From Piromyces finnis finn (Eukaryota; Fungi; Neocallimastigomycota), in NCBI GenBank assembly GCA_002104945.1, contig MCFH01000001.1:620001-684000 (forward strand): a stretch of DNA of 64,000 bases, in the 5' to 3' direction. A program made the position numbers and the translations under genes. The notes below the pieces were generated by a model. It worked only from the letters and a program-made list of their open reading frames with translations. It did not search any database and was not told the origin of the DNA. Below, in pieces: positions 56,504 to 64,000 of the stretch (position 1 is its first letter; each line of letters starts with the position of its first letter).

Positions 56504-58130
56504 ATTTCCTTCATTAATATTATAATTATTCATCATATTAAAGTTTTCATTTATATTATTTTGAATACTCATTTTTGACATATTATTAATGAGATTTTGG
56601 GTACTGTCATGTCTTAAATTTACGCCATTAGAATGATTTATAGAGGATTGATTATTACTATTATTATTATATTCCATGGAATAATTATTAATTGGATTTA
56701 TACTATTTATAGCATCATTATTACGTTCATTATTATTTAATTGATCTGCTATATTATTGTTGTTGTTGCAATTATTATTATTGTTGTTGTATGAAGATTG
56801 ACTTTGTTTATTAACATTATCCGAATTGTAATTTGGATTATTATTATTATTATTATTATTATCATTATAGAATGATGAACTTTGCTGTAGAGGTTGTTGT
56901 TGTCCATGAGATTGTTGTTGATTACCGATTGGTTTTAATGGTTTCCATGAATTATCATGAATTTGATTTTCCACATGGCCTAGAGTAGGTAAAGAACGCA
57001 TAGGCTTAAGAAATTTAGAATTTGGATCAAAATTAGGATTTATTTCTTTAATATTATTTGGAACATTACTAAAACTTTGAGATCTTTCCATAGGTACTGA
57101 CATTGGTATAGGCATTGGCATTGGAAGAGAAGATGATGATGAATACATCTGATAAGGATTTTCACGTCCCATAATAATACTATTTCTGTTACTATTATTA
57201 TTACTATTATTAGAATATACTAAATTTAATCCAGGATTATTATTATTGCAAGGTAGATTTTCATTACCATTTATAGACATTTCACTCTCATTAGAAGATA
57301 TTGAATTGTTAGATGAAATTGGAGGTAATAAATTTAATTGATTCAATTTTCCATTACTCATATTTAATGACATAGCATTAGTCATTGAATCTACATTTAA
57401 TTTTCCTAAATGTTTTCCATTAATATTTGAATGAAGTCCTTTGCAAGTTCTAATATGTGATGATAATTTATTATATGGAACTTGTTGTAAACCTAAATTG
57501 TAAATATAATAAAAAAATTATAAAGATTGCTTTCATTAATTTTTTATATATTAAAAATTATTTTTTTATTAATATTTCATTTTACATATAAAGAAAAAAA
57601 AAACATTTAATTAATATTTACAATTGGAACATGGATAAGTTGGGTTATTATATAAAATTTGATTCTTTATATTATTAACATGAAAAAGATTAGATGAAAT
57701 TTGATTCGGACGAGAAAAATGTTTTTTCATACACCTTTAACATGTTTAATAAAAAAAAAAAAAGATGATAGTAACATTTGATAAATGTTTATTTCAATTT
57801 ATTTTATTTAAATTTTATTTTTAAATTTAGTTTAATAATAAAGTATTATAGTTAGTATGAAATAACATTAGTTATATTTAAAACTAAAACTAAATAAAAT
57901 GTATAATAAAATGTAAAAATTACATACATTTTTTGGTGAGATGGGATGGCAGCTTTAGGAAATCCATTTCCACAAATATGACATAAATGAAAATAATTTT
58001 TATTACTATCATTATTATTTGTAGTATTGCCTGAGTTAGGAAGGTGTAAATTATTAGGATCATTATTTAATAAGGATCCATTTATAATACCATCATTAGT
58101 GGTATAATCTGAGTATTCTGTATTTAACAT
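54813..58130 (-). CDS. C2HC zinc-finger protein (ZC2HC1/zf-C2HC_2-like) with a long Asn-rich linker, multi-exon
   Basis: Four CxxC...H...C fingers after splicing: LCHICGNGFPKAAIPSHQKMC, PCSNCLQQVPYNKLSSHIRTC, PCPICNRKFAIDSL-NRHITAC and TCPSCNRRFDAQVAERHMPKC. It also contains the ZC2HC1-typical WRVKHERFINMIRAAK. Confidence 0.8.
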
Positions 58131-58926
58131 ACTTTATTAAATAATAAGTATCAATAAAATATATATATATTTTTTTTTTCTTTTTGATTTGTATTAAAAG
58201 ATGAATATTTATGTTATTTTATCAAAGATAAAAAAAATAAAATAAAAAAGAAAAAAAATAAAATAAAATGAATAATCTATAATTATTAATTTATTTATAA
58301 TAAAAGTTTAAATAAAATTAGGTGATGAATGTTTTGTTAATAAAACATTAAGGAATAATATGAGAAAACATAATTAATTATAATACATAATATATTATAG
58401 TAAATATTAAGTTTCATATTTTTTAATTTATCAATAAATAAAAAAATAAAATTATTATCATGAAAGTTATTATATATATAATGTTATGCTTTTGTATATT
58501 TTATTAAGATTTTTTAACTTTTAACAACTAATAAAAAAATTGTTTTTGTTTTATTTTAAAATAAAAAAAATTTTAATTAAAACTAATGGTTAGAATTAAA
58601 TTAATTGTAATATTTTTGATCAAGGGTTAAAATTTAATTATTATAACATTTAGAGCAGCAAAAATGAAAAAATATGGATTTAAATATTTTATTATTTACT
58701 TTTAACTTTTTTTTTTTTTTTTTCTTTTTATTAAATTATTTGTTAAAATAAAATTAAATATGAACTATTCTAATTAAAAAAATATATAATTTATTGAAAT
58801 ATTGTTATGTAAAATATGTTTTTAATTGTAATGTTTTGAATTAATATTAATAATAATATATTCTGTATTAATGATGATTTATTAATACATCATTATTTCG
58901 TTATTTTAGGTTATTATCATTTTGTT

Positions 58927-61399
58927 TTAAAAGTCATTGTCACTTAAATCATCATCGTCATCATCGTCATCTATATTATCATCATCATTGTCATCATCAT
59001 CAGAAGTTTCTGAATTATCTTCATCATCTAAATCATCATTATTGTTTAGTTCATCGTTACTATTATCCATTTTATCATTATCTGACCCTGAATCAGAATC
59101 ATCATCGAGTTGCAATCCTTTACCTCTTTTTATTTTAATTTCACTATCGCTATCAGAATTTGATAAATCAGAATCTAAACTATCATCAACATTCTATTAA
59201 TTTATATTATATAGTATATTAATATTGATTTTAAAAAGATATATACACATATATTATATTATTAATTTATATTCTATCTACTACTATTATATTATTCTAA
59301 TATTTTTTTTATATGTACATCTGATGAAAGTTCATTATCACTGTCTCCGTCAGATTGAAATACACTTTGGGATTTCAATTGATTTTCTATTTTGTTAAAC
59401 ATTATATAAATGAAATTAATTGAATATATATACACATATTAAATAATTTTGAGAATTTTTAAAATTTAGATGTAATATAAACAAATTAAATACCTTTAAG
59501 TTCCTTTTCTCCTCTAAGCATCTTCCATTCTTCTTCTCTTAATTTATTTTGCATTTTCTTTAAATTCATTTCGTTCTCCTATTAAAAACAATAATAAATG
59601 ATAACAATATACAATAATATTATTAGATATATATAAATATTCTATATATATATTAAATCACTATAATTATTTTTTGTTAATATATACGTCAGATTTGTCT
59701 TGTTCTAATCTATTATATTCTTCTAATTGTTGTTCTAAATATGTTAAGTTTCTGTATTTGTCCATATATTCTTGATACAAAACTTTTAAATCTTCTTCTA
59801 ATTTTTCATAGTCTTCCATAAATGTTGGTCTTTAATAATGAAAATTTTATAATTATTATAAATCATTACGTTCATTATGATAAAATATTTAGATGTGATA
59901 ATTTCATTTTCAATAATAATAATAATAATAAAAAAATACCTAACACTTTTAAGACTTTTTAATCTTTTTTCAGCTCTATCTAATTCTACTTTTCTCTTTT
60001 GTATCTTTCCTTTTAAATTTACTTCATCAGCAGATAGATTTTCCAATTTTAGTTGTGTTTCTGTTAATTTTTGTTGTATTTGAAGTAAAGCATGGTTAAC
60101 ATCACTTTCCATTGATGATAATTCAAATGGTTTTGACAATACTAAGGCTCTCATTTCCTTTTATATATATTTTAATAGAATATTGAAATTATTTAATATT
60201 ATTTATACAAATAGAGGTAATTTAAAGCATCATATTAAATTAAAAATAAAAATAATTTATTTTCTATAATTATTATATGATAATTATTTTGATATTTACT
60301 CTTAATTCAACTTCTTTTTCTAATAAGTCATATAAATTAGCACCTCTTGTTGTTATTTCAGCTGAAAGTGCTCTGCATGTTTTTAAGTCTGATAATTTAC
60401 TTTGAATATTCGTTGGTGTTATTATTGAATCCTTGATATTATAGATAAATTTTTAAAAAAGATAAAAATGCATTTTTTTTTTTTTTTTTTTTTTTTTTTA
60501 GGTTAGAATCCCATTATTTTTGTTATTATATTTTATATAGTATAATGTCTTTTAATTAAACCAACATCTATTATTTCTGTTTCTAAATTTTTAGCTTTAA
60601 ATAATTCATTTGCTATTTTAAGTAATTCTTTCACAGCATATCCATCGGCCATATATAATTTTTTTGGGTTTAGTTTGATGTTTGCTTTAGTAGTCTATTA
60701 TATAGTTAACAATATTTAATAATATAATATAATATATTATGACAACCATTTTTTTTATATATATTTTTGATTCATATTTGATATATAATATAGAGATAAT
60801 ATAGATATATAAATATATATATTTAAACAGATGAAAATAGTATTTTTTTAGTATTATAATTTATATTTAATTTATATAAAAATTTAATTCCAAAGTAAAC
60901 TTCATTTTTACCATATAACTTGTAATTGTTTTAATGAATACAATAGGATCATTTTCTGAACTTAAATCGTTTAATACTTCAATTGCTGGATCATAACTAG
61001 TTTTATAAATATATACAAAAAATATATTATTATGTATTATATTAATACGCATAATATCAATTATTAATTAAAGATTTACGGGAATTCTTTTATTATTATC
61101 ATTATTTATTATATTATATTTATATATTGATGATGGATTGAAATTTTTATTGCCTTCCTTATTCTACCTTTTTACCAACCAAAACAATATTTCAGAAACA
61201 AAATTGAAATCTGGGGTCCTGAATGAATCTATAGATATTAATTTTGGATATCCTAAGGATTTCATTTTTTCAATAAAATCTAATGTTCAATTATTAATAT
61301 GGATAGAAAGTTTTTGAGAATGATGAACTATTAAAAACGTTAATATATTTTGTAATATTAAATGAATATATAGGTACTTTTCTTTTCTCGATATGACAT
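58927..61399 (-). CDS. CLUAP1: Clusterin-associated protein 1 / IFT38 (intraflagellar transport complex B), multi-exon
   Basis: The spliced protein reads [44 protein letters not shown], then [65 protein letters not shown] and an acidic tail ending LSDNDF*. Confidence 0.93.
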
Positions 61400-62196
61400 G
61401 TTTATTTAATTTAAATATATAGAATTAATAGATTATTCAAGTTTTAATATTATTATTTATAGTTATATTCTAAAGGTATATTGCTATAAAGATTGTTAAT
61501 AAAAAAAAAAAAGACTTCTGTAGAGTTTATTTTTTAAAATTAATTATAAATGAAAATTTTATTTATTATATTTTTTTTTTTATTTATTAAAATTTTTACT
61601 ATAAAAAAATCATAAAAATTAATTAAATAAATTTGAAAAAAAAAAAAAAAATGAGTAAATATATAATTCGGAGATTCAACATGAAGAATTAAAATCCATG
61701 ATTAAGTATTAATGTAGAAACAATAAACTATATGTGTGTTACAATAAAAAAATGGTTTAAAATTTGTATATTATTAAAGTGAATATACATTATTCAAAGT
61801 AACACCAACTTTTTTTTTTTTTTTTACAACTATTTTGAATAAATCTTAAATATAAAGTTTATATATTTATATAAATAAATTTAAAATGTTATTACTGTTA
61901 TTATTGTAAAAAAGCACAAAAATAAAACCCTTTAATTGCAGATAAATAAGAAATTAATTACTATTATTGAAAAGTTTTTTTTTTATTATGTCTTTATATT
62001 ATTATTATTATTATTATTATTTAATAATAGCTATTATCATATTTATATATATATATATATATGCAATAAATTATAATAAATATAGAAAATATTGTAATAC
62101 TATAACTTAATATTAATTTTTATTTAATAATAATAATCCTTAATTTAAATAATTAAAAATCGATTTAAAAGAATATTAACCATTATAAATATTCGC

Positions 62197-62230
<34 letters not shown>

Positions 62231-62312
62231 CTTTCTTTTTTCTTTTTCTTAATTTATAATTTTACATTAAATATAATACATCCATATGCAAGGAAATATG
62301 TGTTTAAGCTTT

Positions 62313-63316
62313 TTAATCATCACTATCATTATCATTATCATTATCATGATTATCATTATTAATGAATGGTTGTTGTTCTTGGTTAATATCTCCGTTTATA
62401 TTCTAAATTTTATATGTATTATGTAATTTAAAAAAAAAAAATTAGTATATTGTATAATAATATATTATATTGTTTTTAATTATTATTAGATAAGAATATA
62501 AAAATAATTTTATAGAATAACTAATATAAATTATGATATTTACATAGTTTGGTGATGATGTTTCAATACTCCAGTAATGAATACACTGCATAATAATTAA
62601 AAAGTCAATAAATAATTGGAAGAAACCACAATATATAAATTGACTTGGTGAATTATTTAAAATGAAATATCCAGTCTTGAAGGAATCTCCTAAAACCCAT
62701 GTTAATAATAATGTTTTACTGATAGAAGTATGTTTTCACAATTTATTTTAATATTTCATTATTTATATAATGTAGTTTTGTTGTATAATAAATTATAAAT
62801 ATAATCATTTATATTTCATTAGAAATTACTAATATTTCTTTCTTATATCAATAATATGATTATTTTATAAATTATTACCTGAAACCTTTTGATGAGCGTT
62901 GTTTTTTAATCTTTAAAAGTTGTGGAATTCCTAAGGTAGCTTCTATGCCTAAGGCTAATGAACCTAAAAGAGAAGGATAGGTTTCACTATTTAATAACAT
63001 AATATTGAATAAAGAAAGAACAATACAAAGCCATGAAAGAATAGTCAAATAAGCATTGAATGAAGTCCATTTCCAGAATTTTTTCCAGTATTTTTTATCA
63101 AAAACATAAAAGAAATTAAAACCATAAAAAGGATTTTCTCCGAAGAATTCATTACTATTGGAGGTATTTATGCAAATATTTAATAATAAAAGTTGCATAA
63201 TTATCATGACTATAGCTTGGAATAATAATGCTTTACTAAAATGATTTAATAACCTATAATTAATTTTTTAAGAATTTCATAAAAACATTTATTATTAATT
63301 TCCATATATAATAAAT

Positions 63317-63359
<43 letters not shown>

Positions 63360-63791
63360 CTATTATAAAAATTTATAGTATTTAAAATATATTATAATTT
63401 ATAATAAATTATTTAAAAAATCTATATTATGAAGATATAAAGAATAAGTAATTTTACCAAAAGAAGACACGAATTATATTACTAAATAATAAAATTCCAC
63501 ATATAGCTAGTGAAAAACCTTCTGAAGATTTTGTCTTTATAACAGTATAATATTGGTCAATATATCTATTGACATTAAAGATTGTATTTTTTTTTTTTTT
63601 TTTTAAATTTTAAAATTAATACAGAATAATTATATTATTACATTACTACATTACTATAGACGATTAAATTTTAAGTTTTTTTTTATAAAATAAATTTAAA
63701 TGATATTTATATTATATTATATATAAAACTTTATCAATTTATAGTACCCTATAATAGGACCAAAAACCATGCAAACATCAACAAGAAACAT
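62313..63791 (-). CDS. PQ-loop repeat membrane protein (PQLC1/SLC66A2/Any1-like), multi-exon; start codon uncertain
   Basis: Spliced MVFGPIIGYIDQY...KSSEGFSLAICGILLFSNIIRVFFW, then ALGIEATLGIPQLLKIKKQRSSKGFS and LTWVLGDSFKTGYF...QFIYCGFFQLFIDFLI. A further donor at 63893 may add an upstream exon. Confidence 0.85.
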
Positions 63792-64000
63792 TCTAATTTA
63801 TATATTATATATCATATATTATTTATAAGATAATAATTATTACTTTAATTAAATAGTTTTACTTAGTTTACGTTATATTATTTATCTTAGTACCTTTTTT
63901 TTTTTTATTTCCTTCTTTTAAACTAATTTAGTGTAAATGTAATTTTGTTATATTTTTTTATATTAACTTTAATAAATACTGAAAGAAAAGTTATTATTTT

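Noticed and set aside
56114-56578. Poly-Ile, poly-Leu and poly-Ser ORFs (5451, 33837, 56114, 58937)
   Set aside because: Translations of microsatellites, or antisense to Asn- or Asp-rich real exons.

Overview
Very AT-rich, intron-rich eukaryotic DNA, most consistent with an anaerobic gut fungus (Neocallimastigomycota). This is inferred from a hydrogenosome-type pyruvate formate-lyase, fungal lysine-pathway and polarisome genes, flagellar genes and the base composition. Left to right the window holds: intronless PFL (+); an apparently full-length 5.6 kb non-LTR retrotransposon (-); saccharopine dehydrogenase LYS9 (-); a giant CFAP54-like gene (+); ARPC5 (+); SPA2/GIT-like (+); PEX2 (+); an SR splicing factor (+); cytosolic SerRS (-); importin-11 (+); an intronless orphan membrane protein (+); a C2HC zinc-finger gene (-); CLUAP1/IFT38 (-); and a PQ-loop gene (-). 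The best signals not explained by the ORF track are: (1) the LINE has a perfect 14-bp target-site duplication and sits inside an older copy of its own 3' end; (2) its 5' leader is densely folded, with twin hairpins; (3) importin-11 has a textbook U12-type AT-AC intron; (4) the SR gene has a candidate poison exon; (5) ATTGTCA occurs six times upstream of PFL. All exon boundaries and family calls were made by eye and no searches were run. I saw no tRNA, rRNA or CRISPR.
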